Shown here piece by piece: positions 1 to 12,178 of a stretch of DNA of 64,000 nucleotides. The notes below the pieces were generated by a model. It worked only from the letters and a program-made list of their open reading frames with translations. It searched no databases and had not been told where the DNA came from. How positions within the stretch are numbered: position 1 is the first letter of the stretch; the number at the start of each line of letters is the position of its first letter. This DNA comes from Somniosus microcephalus (lineage: Eukaryota), in the NCBI GenBank assembly GCA_052327205.1, contig CM126208.1, positions 109,430,001-109,494,000 on the forward strand, written 5' to 3'. The position numbers and the translations under genes are program-made.

Positions 1-704
1 GGAGTTGCTGCCGCAGCGACCTCTGTACAAAGTCTGCTTCACAGTCATTAGTAAATAGTATTAAAAGACATTTCTACATTGGTTGTAAAGTGCTTTGAGA
101 TATCCTGAGGGCACGATAAGGTGCTGTATAAATATAATTTCTTCCTTTTAGTGTAATACGTTTCTGTTGTGTCTCTCTACAGATCCTCATTCATTTTAGG
201 TGTAATTTTTTCAAGCTCCAAGGGTAGAAAAAAGACCTGCAGATTTTGTAAAGAAAACTCAGTATTTGTGCAGTGAACAAATGTAATATTCAGAGTTCAA
301 TGAATTATTATTCAGAGGTAATGGATCAGTTCCACTGGCTTTGAATATTACAGCCTGGAAATGGGTTAATGCCTCATTAAAATAAAGGAGAGAAGAATTT
401 GATGTCAATGCTTTAAGTGGGAAGTAATTTCTAGGCTTAGCTAAATTTAAATAATCTAATTATAAGAAACAAATAATTCGAAGTTTATTTCAGGGCAGAT
501 ATGCATGTGGTAGGTTAGCTGATTTTGCTGAACTACTCAAACATTGATCTTATGGTATGTCATACCATCTGAATCCCTCAACTAGTTCTGTAGCATGCTG
601 TCAGACATCTATTATATCATATTCTATGTGGATTGGGAATAATCAAAGCACCCTCAGTAGTGATAATTTACAACTCCTGGAATGCAAACAATAATACACA
701 AATA

Positions 705-1075
705 CAAATGACAAAGGTGTTGAAAGCCTCATTCTGCCAGCTATAAGGGTCTAATTTGAATTGAGTTTGGGTAGTCTCAATCCAGTTGCCAATGGATTTG
801 AGTCTAAATCACAAAACAGCCGTAGTTTGTTACTAATTGACAACCTCACTCAGAAAGGCAATAAGGATGGCTGGTTTTGGAAATAAAAAAGTGCTGGAAA
901 TACTCAGCAGGTAAGGCAGCATCTGTGGAGAGAGAAAAAGAGTTAACGTTTCAGGTCGATGACCTTTCGTCAGAACTGGTTCTGTAAAAATTGATCTGGC
1001 ACATTGGGGCGCTCTTGTGAGGTTGAAGGTTGAGGCAGAATAAAGGGAGCTGTGCTCTGCATCTGGCTGTCATTG
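705..1075 (+). mobile_element. LF-SINE-like element, split by a Penelope terminal fragment
   Basis: GAGTTTGGGTAGTCTCAATCCAGTTGCCAATGGA...ATCACAAAACAGCC...ACTAATTGACA...GGTTGAGGCA resembles the recalled LF-SINE consensus. Confidence 0.5.
941..977 (-). ncRNA. Minimal type I hammerhead ribozyme in a Penelope terminal fragment (880-980)
   Basis: AGUU-CUGACGA-aAGGUC-auc-GACCU-GAAA-CGUU-AACU: intact core, stem II and stem I. Confidence 0.75.
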
Positions 1076-1612
1076 CAGGAGGGCATAATCAGGTTAGCAG
1101 AATGGGCCAGATATAGCTCAATGCAGAAAAATATGAACTAATACATTTTGGGAGTAAAGAGCAAAAGGGGGAACACCTTAAATGGTAACATTCTTATCAG
1201 AATGGAGGTGCACATACATTGCTCTTTAAAGGTGGAAATGCAGATAGAAAAGATGAGTAGAGAAGTGCAAATGAGACTCTAGGTTTTATATCTAGGGGCT
1301 TCAAATATAAAAGTGAGGAACTGATGCTGAATTTGTGCAAGATGTTGGTTAGGTCACAGTGTGTATGTTGTATGCAGTTCTGGGCTCCCATTATAGGAAG
1401 GATATTAGTGCCATGGAAAAGGTGCAGCAAAGATTCATAGCAAAGATTATAGTTCTGAAGAAAGGCTTGATTAATTAATGCTTTTTTCACTGGAGTAGAG
1501 AATGTTAAGGGGGATCTAACAGAGGTTTTCAAAGTTATGAAAGCTTTTGAGGGGGTAGGTAGTGAAAGATTGTTTCCACTGATTAGCAAATCGGTAACTA
1601 GTGGGGAATAGA

Positions 1613-3988
1613 CTCAACAACAACAACTTGCATTTATACAGTGCCTTTAATGTAGCAAAATGTCCCAAGGCGCTTAACAATAACGTAATCAATAAATATT
1701 TTGACACCGAGCCACAAAAGAAGATATGAGGACATATGATCAAAGCTTGGCCAAAGAGATAGGCTTTAAGGAGCATCTTAAAGGAGGAGAGTGAGGTAGA
1801 GAGGCAGAAAGATTTAGGGAGGGAATTCCAGAGCTTAGGGCCAAGGTAGCTGAAAGCACGGCTGCCAATGGTGGTGCGATTAAAATCAGGGATGCAGAAG
1901 ATGCCAGAATTGGAGGAGCGCAGAGATCTCGAAGGCTTGTAGGGCTGGAGGAGGTTACAGAGATAGGGAGGGATGAGGCCATGGAGGGAAAACAAGGATC
2001 AGAATTTTAAAATTGAGGCGTTGTTGGACTGGGAGCCAATGTAGGTAAGTAAGCATAGGGGTGATGGACTTGGTGCGAGTTAAGGGGGCAGATTATGCAG
2101 CGGTTATGATGGCATACACTGAGAGTATGCCATCATATCACCTTTGAAATATAACGCAAGTTCGGGAATTCCGCATACGCTTGGGCATGCGCTAAATCCT
2201 GAACTTGCAATGTGTCAAGGTACGCCTTGGCAGATGATCCGCACCGACGGGGAAATACCAATTGCTGGCGCAGAGTTGGGCTAACTGCCCACCAACTGCC
2301 CAGCAATTACGTCTGAAAATTTTACGGTTAGTGAAAGCAGGCGCAGGAGTCTGTTTCACTGTGAAAGGAACACATTAGAGTGTGTCTGAAAGGATTGTTA
2401 GCTGTTCTGGTATCACTTCAGAATAAAATACATGTAGCTCGTGGCAAAATTTAGAAACATTAAAAATATAAAATCTGACAATTAATATTTAAAATTATCA
2501 ATGTTTTCTGCAGTCCAATTGTATGATCAAGAACTGTGCATTTGGCACAGATCCTTTATACTTCCTCCAAATGTATGAAATAAAACCATTTTGCTATTTA
2601 ATTATTTTAGATAATACATTTAAAGCTGCACCACAGCTGGTGTGCTATGTGCATGATGTATAGTAAATCAAAAGGATCATTGCCAACGCTTTTCAGTGCT
2701 ACTGAATCGCAATCCGTTGTAATGGACCTTTGACAGGATATTAAATGTTAGCCTTGAAAGAATAAAAAACTTACTGATTTACATAAAATAAATCTGAACA
2801 CATCCTTAATTTAAAAAGCCGGGATATATGAAGTACAGCACAGGTAATTCTTTGGGATAGCAAAACACTCTATAATGCTCTACAATGTTCCTTAGTACAA
2901 ATAAGAAAGGGAACATGTTTCTTAGTACAAAATATAAATAATGTAACGTTTAATACACTTCCCAAGTGATAGAAACTGTTTTAAACTCAGTAGAAGGTTG
3001 AATAACTAAACAATTTATTTCACTTTAGTAAATGGTCAAAGGACGAGAATCTTTCCATTGACTTCAAATGATTTTTTTTTAACCTTCAAGTGGAAAACAG
3101 ATGCCAAATTATTGTTGGTCATTTGTTAATTTTAACAAAATGCTGATATATGAAATAAGTCCAAGTACCAATTTAATTAAAAGTTTTTAAAATGTAATTT
3201 CAATGGAAGAGACTGAAAGAAGTTTCTGTGGGCGTGGCTTCGTTTTGACAGAATTTGTGGGCGTGTCTTCCCTTACGCATAGGCTGTATGCTGTGCTGCT
3301 GGTCTTTGTGATGTAATATGCTGCGCACAACTCTGCAGCGCCAAGGTAAGTTTGTATTCTTTTCAGAGGTCAGCGGCATACTCCGTAGCTACGTCACTGA
3401 CCGCAATTTTTAGGCAATTATATGAGCACATGTTTATGTAGGGTGGAAGATGGGAGGCTGGCCAGGAGAGCATTGGAATAGTTAAAGCTAGAGGTAACAA
3501 AGGTATGGATGAGGGTTTCAGGAGCAGATGAGCTGAGTCAAGTTCAGAGTCAGGCAATGTTACAGAGGTGGAAATAGGCAGTCTTGGTGAGGGAGTGGAT
3601 ATGCATTTTCTTTTTTAGCTCATCTCAGGGTCAAGCACGACACCAAGGTTGCGAATGGTCTGGCTCAGCTTCAGACAGTTTCCAGGGAGAGGGATGGAAA
3701 TGGTGGTCAGGGAACGGAGTTTGTGGCGGGGACCAAAGAGAATGGCTTCGATCTTCCCAATATTTAGTTGGAGGAAATTTCTGCTCAACCAGTACTGGAT
3801 GTCAAACAAGCAATGTGACAAATCAGAGACAGTGGAGGGGTCAAGCGAGGTGGTGGTGAGATAGAGCTGAGTGTCCTCAGCGTACATGTGGAACTAGATG
3901 TTGTGTTTTCAGATGATGTCGCCGAGGGGCAGCATGTAGATGAGAACTAGAAGGGGGCCAAGGATAGATCCTCGGGGGACTCCAGAGG
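1613..3988 (-). mobile_element. L2 LINE 3' fragment (1613-2083, 3437-3988)
   Basis: (CAA)n tail; YAEDTQLY and RAFSYLGPKLWNSLP L2-type motifs. Confidence 0.85.
2084..3416. mobile_element. Divergent, longer member of the same MITE family, inserted in an L2
   Basis: Shares ACCTTTGAAA..GCAAGTTC..AATCCTGAACTTGC start and CTGACCGCAATTTT end with the 22194 and 60032 copies. Confidence 0.65.
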
Positions 3989-5522
3989 TAGACACGGCAT
4001 TATCACTACAACAAAGAGGGAAGTTATAACAATTTTTTTTCACAGAGTGCTCGTAGAACTTGGAATACTTTTCCACAAATGGGTATTAAGGTAGAGACTG
4101 TAACATCATTTAAAAGAAAAGGCATGTAAAAAAGTAACACCAAAATATATATGATTGGACTATGGCCTCCTCTGTGCTGTAATTTCTATGATTCTATATC
4201 TGATGTTTCTTTAGTTTCCTTCTTCTAGTATCTCTCCAATCTCTGCTCATGCCCTCTCTGAGCTCATCTTGCCCATGAGATCCACCCCCTGCTTCCACTA
4301 AACTGCTGACCACCCAACTTCCCTTCCTGGACCCAAGGTTAGCTGACATTATAAATGATTCCCACTTCTCAGCTACTGTCCCCCTCTTTTTCAAAATCGT
4401 TATCATCACCTTCCTTCTCAAAAAAAATTCCTTGACCCATCTATCCTTGCAAACAACTGCCCCATCTCCAACCTTCCTATCCTCTCCAAAGTCCTTGAAT
4501 GTCTTGCTGACTCCCAAATCTGTGCACACCTTTTCCTGATTGAATCTCTCAAATCAGGTTTCCATCTCTGCCACAGAACTGAAACGACCCTAATCAAAGT
4601 CACAAAAGACATCCTCTGTGACTGTAACCATGGTGTACTATCTCTCCTCGTCCTTCTCAACCTCTCCGTGACCTTTGCCATACCATCCTCCTCCAATGCC
4701 TCTGCTCTGTTGTCCAGCTCAATGGGATTGCCTTTGTTTGGTTCCACTCTTAACAATCCATTCCTAGCCAGAGAATCTCCCGCAATGACTTCTCTTCTCA
4801 CCTTGCACTGTTACCTCTGGAGTCCCCCAAGGATCTATCCTAGACCCACTTCTGTTCCTCATATACCTGCTGCCCCTTGGCGACATCATCCAAAGACATG
4901 GGCCCAGGTTTCATATGTATGCCAATGATACCTAGCTCTACCTCTCCATCATCTCTCGACCTCTCCACTGCTTCTGACGTCCAGTCATGGATGAGCTGCA
5001 ATTTCCTCCAGTTAAATATTAGGAAGAGCAAAATCATCATCTTTGGCCACAAACTCTGTACCTGTGCCACCGATTCCATTCCCCTCCTAGCCACTCTCTC
5101 AGGTTGAACCAGACTGTTTGCAACCTCGTTGTCATATTGGATCCTGAGCTGAGCTTCTGACCCCATATCCTCTCCATCACAAAGAGTGCCTATTTCCATC
5201 TCCGTAATATCACCCGTTTCTGCCCCTGTTTCAGCCCATCTGATGCCGAAACACTCATTCATATCTTTGTCACCTCCAGTGTTCTCCTGGCAGGCCTCCC
5301 ATCCTCCACCCTTCATAAACTTCAATTGATCCGAAACTCTGCTGCCCGTATCCTAACCCGCACCAAGTCCCGCTCACCTATCACCCCTGCACTGACCTAC
5401 ATTGGCTCCGGGTCCCCCAACGCCTCAAATTTAAAATTCTCATCCTCATGTTTAAATCCCTTCATGGCCTTGACGCTCCCTATCTCTGTAACTTCCTGCA
5501 GGCCTACAACACCCAAGAACTC

Positions 5523-7582
5523 CGGTCCCGATATTTAAGTTTGGAGCGGGGAGGAGGAGTTGTGGACCCAATCCTGAAGTATGGGTTTCCCGGACGTCCT
5601 GAAATTTTATCTGCCTTTTTCCAGCCCGACAGCCAGACACGTTGGTTGCCTGTCGATTAGGAAAGCCTGCGGCACAAGGACATGGCCAAACAGGTAATGA
5701 GGCAGGGAGAAATCGCAGTCCGGGGGTTGGGGGGGGTGGGGCTCCATGGTGGTCGGAGCGGTCTCATGGTGGTTAGGGAAGTCTTGCTGTGGTTGGGGGA
5801 TAGGGCGGGGGAAAAGTGATCAAGATGTAGAGTGTGGTCGGGAGGTGAGATGGTGGTCGGGGGGAGGGGAGATGGTGGCCGGGGGGGTGAGATGGTGGTT
5901 GGGGGGGGGGTGGCGGTGAGATGGTGGTCGGGGGGGGTGAAATGATTGTTGGGGCGGTGAGATGGTGGTCGGGGGGGTGAGATGGTGGCCGGGGGGGGGG
6001 CAGTGAGATGGTGGTCGGGGGGTGAGATGGTGGTTGGGGGGTGAGAAGGTGGTCGGGGGAAGGGTGAGATGGTGGTCGGGGTGGTGGTTGGGGGGGAAGG
6101 GGTGAGATGGTGGGCCGGGGGTGGGGTGAGATGGTGGTCGGGGGAGTGATATGGTGGTCGGGGGTGGTGATATGGTGGTCGGGGGGAGGGTGAGATGGTG
6201 GTCAGGGGGGGTGAGATGGTGGTCGGGGGGATGATATGGTGGTCGGGGGGAGGGTGAGATGGTGGTCGGGGGGGTGAGATGGTGGTCGGGGGGATGAGAT
6301 GGTGGTCGGGGGGATGATATGGTGGTCGGGGGGAGGGTGAGATGGTGGTCGGGGGGGTGAGATGGTGGTCGGGGGGGAGGATGAGATGGTGGTCAGGGGG
6401 GGTGATATCGTGGTCAGGGGGGAGGGTGAGATGGTGGTCGGGGGGGTGAGACGGTGGTCGGGGGAGGGTGAGATGGTGGTCGAGGGGGAGTGAGATGGTG
6501 GTTGGGGGGTGAGATGGTGGTCGGGGGGGGTGAGATGGTGGTCGGGGGGAGGGTGAGATGGTGGTCGGGGGGAGGGTGAGATGGTGGTCGAGGGGGGTGA
6601 GATGGTGGTCGGGGGGGTGAGATGGTGGTTGGGTGGGTGAGATGGTAGTCGGAGGGAGGGCAAGATGGTGGTCGGGGGGAGGGGGAGATGGTGGTCGGGG
6701 GGATGAGATGGTGGTCGGGGGGGTGAGATGGTGGTTGGGTGGGTGAGATGGTGGTCGGGGCGAGGGTGAGATGGTGGTCGGGGGGAGGGTGAGATGGTGG
6801 TCGGGGGGAGGGGGAGATGGTGGTCGGGGGGGTGTGATGGTGGTCAGGGGGTGAGATGGTGGTCGGCGGGGGGCGAGATGGTGGTCGGGGGGGTGAGATG
6901 GTGGTCGGGGCGAGGGTGAGATGGTGGTCGGGGGGAGGGTGAGATGGTGGTCGGGGGGAGGGGGAGATGGTGGTCGGGGGGATGAGATGGTGGTCGGGGG
7001 GGTGAGATGGTGGTTGGGTGGGTGAGATGGTGGTCGGGGGGGTGAGATGGTGGTCGGGGCGAGGGTGAGATGGTGGTCGGGGGGAGGGTGAGATGGTGGT
7101 CGGGGGGAGGGGGAGATGGTGGTCAGGGGGTGAGATGGTGGTCGGCGGGGGGTGAGATGGTGGTCGGGGGGTGGTGAGATGGTGGCAGGTGTTGGTGGGG
7201 GTGGGGTGCGGGGGAGATTGCGGGTAGGGGGAGTCAGCGATCCTGGATCTGGAAGCAGTTAAACTTGCTGGGCTGGGGGGAACTCTCCTGTTCCTCTTGG
7301 CCCACAAGCAGAGCTATAAAGGCACTTACTTTATGGATCCAGCTCTTCTTACTTCCTTTTACCTAAATGGGTTAAAAATAAAATGCTTGTAAAAATGGAG
7401 GCACGCAGCCTCCTTAAAAGCTGTTACTGACTGAACCGACCTGAGAGTAGATTGATTGCCCGCTCCCCAATTCATCTCCGTTAAAACCGATAGTGGGTGG
7501 ATTGGGGTCAGGATTGAAATAATTTAAATTTTAACTTCTCACCTGACTCAAACCCACCGCGCTTGCGGGTTAAAATGACCCC
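5523..7582. mobile_element. Harbinger-type MITE with an expanded internal minisatellite
   Basis: Ends GGTCCCGATATTTA / GGTTAAAATGACCCC, CTC duplication, interrupts an L2; inverted relative of 47381-48319. Confidence 0.75.
5840..7185. repeat. G-rich minisatellite (GGGTGAGATGGTGGTCGGGGG)n
   Basis: ~18-23-nt unit repeated over ~1.3 kb. Confidence 0.97.
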
Positions 7583-8286
7583 CTCTGTGTTTCTCCAGCT
7601 CTGGCCTCTTGTACATCCCGCAGTTCATTCGCCCCACCATTGGTGGCTATGCCTTCAGCCATCTATGTCCTAAGCTGTGGAATTCCTTCCCTAAACCTCT
7701 GCAACTCTCCACCTCCCGCTCCTCCTCTAAGACCCTCCTTAATACCCACCTCTTTGACTTAGCTTTTAGTCACCCCTCCTAATATCTCCTTTGGTTCTGT
7801 GTTGATTTTTGTCTAATTATGCTTCTATGAAGCACCTTGGAATGTTTTTCTACATTAAAGGCACTATGTAAATACAAGCTATTGTTATTGTTGATCTAGA
7901 AGTGTTCAATGCTGACACTGGGTGACAAAGTTGGCAAAGAAGTGTTCCATCCCCTAGTACTGACATTAATCATTTTGATGAGTACTAAAAGTCACCCAAA
8001 GTGGGCTTGGAAGATCTTAATTCAAGCTGAACAGTCAGAATAGGAACAACCACACAATTGATGACCACTTTCATTTCCTCACAAGGAAGATCTTGGTAGT
8101 TCATTTGACCAATGGTACCAGTGAGTTACTGCTTGTGCCTGCAGGTGCAAAAGGTCCAGGTGCATGTTCTTTTTCATTTATACTGCATATAGTCAGACTG
8201 TCGAGATTCATCAAAAATACATCTGGCATACTTAGAAGGTGATTAAATTAATGACGCACATGACTGAAAACAAAGTACTTAAATAC

Positions 8287-8376
8287 CTCTGGATAGAAGC
8301 ATATGTCTGTGCACGTGGCAGTGGAGTTGAATGTCTGGTTCTTCACGGTTGTCGATTTATCTGAATCACACCAAAA
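8287..8376 (-). CDS. adcy8: Adenylate cyclase 8 coding exon (exon 11 equivalent, extracellular glycosylated loop)
   Basis: 90 nt, phase 0-0, AG/GT; [30 protein letters not shown] with two N-X-S/T sequons. Not in the ORF track. Confidence 0.94.
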
Positions 8377-8773
8377 CTGAAAAAGAAGTTCAAGTGTTAG
8401 GTGGGATATATTAAATATCATTCACAAATCCCATATCTAGTAATTTTGAAATGGGTTTGATCTAATTATTTAGGAATGATATAAAGATATCAAAACACAT
8501 ATTTGAAAAGCAATCTGTTAAATACAGGTGTGTATTTTAATCTGTCAATAAAGGCATCACTACATGATGGTCTGCCATCTGTCTATATAAAAAAATATGT
8601 AATGTCTATCAAACATCTAAAGCAGTATTCTTCACACTACAATACTTCAATTTTTAGATTTCTAGATAATTATGACTAAATGAAAGAATTCAGGGCACGC
8701 CGTTTGATATTTCCCAAATAAACAATGCGGGGGGGGGGAGGTGGTGGTTAACAATACATAAGAATGATACCTA

Positions 8774-8913
8774 GGCCGAAAATGTCCTCGGAGTAGCTCC
8801 GTCTACACCACTGTGATTTTGCTGGAAGTGCAGTACATAAATGAGGTTTCAGCCTCACTTCCAGCTGAGTTACGACGTCGGAGCAGGAGCCATTCCGAGG
8901 AAATTCCCAGCCC
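8774..8913. mobile_element. Short hairpin MITE (~140 bp)
   Basis: GGCCGAAAATGTCCTCGGAGTAGCTCC ... GGAGCCATTCCGAGGAAATTCCCAGCC inverted arms. Confidence 0.6.
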
Positions 8914-8929
8914 TCATCTTATTGGTCTT

Positions 8930-9465
8930 ACAAAGACAGGCTCAGGGAACTGGAGCATTTTGTCATTGGGAAAGTATGGACCCTGAGGGGAAATGATAGG
9001 TCTTTTAAATGATGCAGGGAATAGATACTGTTCAGATCGATAGGTTATTTGAGCTAGTTAGGGAGGGGAGGATTAGGGCCATAAAAAAAGTTAGGTTAGA
9101 TGCCAGTAAGTGTTTCTTTTTGATTTCTGGAATAAGTTGCTAGTGCGGTGAGTGTGGATTTGCTACAGACCTTCAAAAGGGAGCTGGATGAGTTCCTACA
9201 AATGGAAGACATCGCGAGTTGTAGAAGACAGGCGGGGTGATAAGTCACTAGTGTTATTAGTTATTGCAGTCTCCTGGAGACTTGTTTGACCGCCTTTGGG
9301 AGTCAGAGAGGAATTTCCCAGAGTTTTTTTCCTAAATTCTCCTAAGGTTTTTAATTCTCCATTTTTTATTTTGCCTCTCCCAGGAAAGTGCGTGGCTTTG
9401 AGGATGAGTTGACTGTGCATGTAGGCTGGATGGACCAGTTTGTCCTTCCTTTTCCTGTTTGTATA
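8930..9465 (+). mobile_element. 3' end of the old CR1-family LINE
   Basis: Degenerate C-terminal coding sequence; 3' UTR similar to 58890-59220. Confidence 0.6.
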
Positions 9466-9537
9466 AATGGTATTGAACCCTTGCATTTCTCCTGCCTTCA
9501 GTGGGGGAAAAATACTGGCGAAATCCCTATATTGATA

Positions 9538-9932
9538 ACAAAAACAACAATTTATATTTATACAATGCCTTTAATGTAGTAAAATGTCTCAAGGTGCTTC
9601 ACAGGAGCATTATTAAACAAAATTTGCTGAGCCACATAAGGAGATATTAGGGCAGATGACCAAAAGCTAGGCCAAAGGGGTAGGTTTTAAGGAGCATCTT
9701 AAAGGAGGAGAGAGAGGTAGAGAGGCAGTGAGGTTTCGGGAGGGAATTCCAGAGCCTAGAGCCCTGGCAACTGAAGGCATTGCCGCCAATGGTGGAGCGA
9801 TTAAATTTGGGGATACTCAAGAGGCCAGAATTGGAGGAGCGCAGAAATCTCGGAGGGTTGGAGTGCTGGAGGAGATTATAGAGATAGGAAGGGGCGAAGC
9901 CATGGAGGGTTTTGAAAACAAGGATGAGAATT
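9538..9932 (-). mobile_element. L2 LINE 3' end
   Basis: Close match to 1613-2010, including the tail. Confidence 0.88.
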
Positions 9933-11020
9933 CACAGGAGAAAATTGCCTGCATTAAAAGCTAACATACACATACACACATGGATAAAAATATGAAACAG
10001 CCTGTTGGATTCAGAATATCACAAAGATCTGCTGGAAAGGTTAGTTTATGTGGCAGCAGGATGTTTCCTGCCAGAAGCCTTTAGTCATTAAGCCTCTGAT
10101 CCATCCAGAGACCCAAACTGTCATTCAAGACAAGCAACATTTTCATGCCAGATTTAAGCTTCAATACCTTAAATGTAAAAATAGAGCCAACTATTATTTT
10201 TTCTGGAACGGGGAATTACAAGACAGAAAGGTAGCAGTACGCACTGTCGAAAAGGCGATGCTGCTTTGCATATCATGCCCATATTATGTATAAGATGGGA
10301 GCCCTACACCATTTCTACTGGGGAATTAACAGTTATCCAAAAAATCAGTTCAAAAGGGAAGTTATTCACTCGATAAGAGGCATTGAAGTATATGTGCAAA
10401 TTTCTTCTTCTCCCCAGTGAGTTTCTGGGGCGGGGGGGGGGGTGGGTGGGGTGGTGCTGCAACTCCAATGATCCAGCTGTACAAGGTGGAGTATGCACAC
10501 ACTAATTTTGAAAGAATTAGATTTGAGAAGCTGGTGAGTTCAGGGGAGAATTTCACCCTGAAACTCTCATTAAAACTAATCATTAAGGACGGTAGCTCTA
10601 ACTGTGATCTTATCAATGTTTAACATCAAATTTTATCCAAATGGTATAATCAAGTAATGAGATGACTTGACATAAATCGGATTAATGGTATATTTAATTA
10701 TGAAAGAGTTGGCCTTATGTCCTATTACATTGTATGTGACTAATAGCCTAATATTCTTCAGGAAATTTGATGGCAAGCTATCGTTTCTCTGCATTTATAA
10801 ACATCTACTTTAGTTTGCTGAATATTAAAAGTATATCTGACTGGGAAATCATTGGACCTCAATTTCATTGAAGGTTGTAAAGTAGACTGCAGTACATTTA
10901 ATAGGACTTCAATATTTAAAAAGACACGGAGCCCAACAGTCTTCTATTTAAACCTGTATTAAAATTACTTAATTTAGACATATCTCAATAAAAATAGCAC
11001 AATAACAACTTAATACGTAC

Positions 11021-11222
11021 TATATTTATTATAGCACCAAGAAAGTTTATCATAATGGAGGCAAATATGATGACATTCCTTGCAAAATGCGTTTCGTTGA
11101 TCCAGCAGCATGATTTCCGAAGCACTAAAGGCAGACATTTATAATCCTCTGCAGTAGTAATTAACACCAGTGCAGCATGCAACATGATCAGAATGGTAAA
11201 CTGGATCACCATTGGCATTGTT
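11021..11222 (-). CDS. adcy8: Adenylate cyclase 8 coding exon (exon 10 equivalent, TM helices)
   Basis: 202 nt, AG/GT; [67 protein letters not shown]. Confidence 0.97.
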
Positions 11223-11371
11223 CTAAAGAGAAAACATAGCAAGGTCATTTTGTTTCACCGTATACAGTCAAAGTATCACTCTAAATAACGCTTCATTTGA
11301 AATACCATCCAACTTAGGATCACAAGTTTTACTACGAACTGTACTGGTGTGGCCAGACAATAAAAAAAGAC

Positions 11372-12178
11372 GGGCTGAATTTTCGCTACAGCGGCTTTTC
11401 ACTGGTAGAAATAGAAATAAAATACCGGGGCCGATTTTCACGCCGCCACTGGGCAGGAACAGGGTGGTAGCATTCCTAAATTCAGGGGGTTGACATTACC
11501 ATTCCTGATCAACTGGCTGTCATTTTGTTTGGGGCCTTCACATGGGTGGCCTAGGTGCCTGCCTGATTCAGGCAAGAGCGTACTTGTAACTTGAAAATCA
11601 GAGTCCTATGACATACATAGGACCGCAACACATTTATGGTACGAATGGGTGGACCATGGCAAAGGCAAATTCTTTCAAAGATTGTTGTGGGTATAATAGG
11701 AGCATGAATACTCCGCCTGGCACCATAAAAATCTTCCCACCTGCTGCTGCCCCCTCCATGCCCTCCTGCTGCAATTGCCTTGCCCCTTTAAGTTATTACT
11801 TCAGGCTCGGCTCTGTTTAGGAGTCACGAATCCCCCTGCCCTGGTTGACGAGATACCTCTGAGAACTAGTTCAGTGTTTGCAACATGCCGTGCATATTGA
11901 AATGAGGTCTAACCATAATTGAAAATTGGACGGCCTGCCCGATGTACACTCAAAGTTAAAATTGGCCCCACTATTTTCACCTTTTGGCCATGCCAACAAA
12001 ATTACTATACTCAACTGGCTACTGAACAGACTACACAAGGAGGTTGCTATTTCACTGGTGAGCATTAGGTGAGCTGGCCACTTGAGCAGTTAAATTCATC
12101 AATGGAATGAAAATCGGGTAGTTTCTATAAGAGGTGGACAAATTACCACCCATGTGGTGAAGACGAAAATTTACCCCC
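11372..12178. mobile_element. Nested MITEs (inner element 11427-11969)
   Basis: Outer ends GGGCTGAATTTTCG/CGAAAATTTACCCC; inner ends GGGGCCGATTTT/AAAATTGGCCCC. Confidence 0.65.

Larger units (their letters stand above)
1075..4195 (+). mobile_element. Old CR1 3' fragment (1075-1612, 3988-4195) split by an L2 and a MITE
   Basis: Degenerate QFWAPHYRKD region resumes after the L2, with TAGAC repeated at both junctions; TTCTATGATTCTAT tail. Confidence 0.7.
4200..7895 (+). mobile_element. L2 LINE fragment (4200-5522, 7583-7895) split by a MITE
   Basis: [10 protein letters not shown]-like sequence, AARILTRT and LWNS motifs; TTGTTATTGTT tail. Confidence 0.85.

Noticed and set aside
6202-7307. Long Pro/His/Thr-rich ORFs
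   Set aside because: Translations of the G-rich minisatellite; no splice or homology support
1-8247. Expected adcy8 exon 12 (and exon 4 beyond 53250)
   Set aside because: No matching coding sequence found by eye; presumably outside the window
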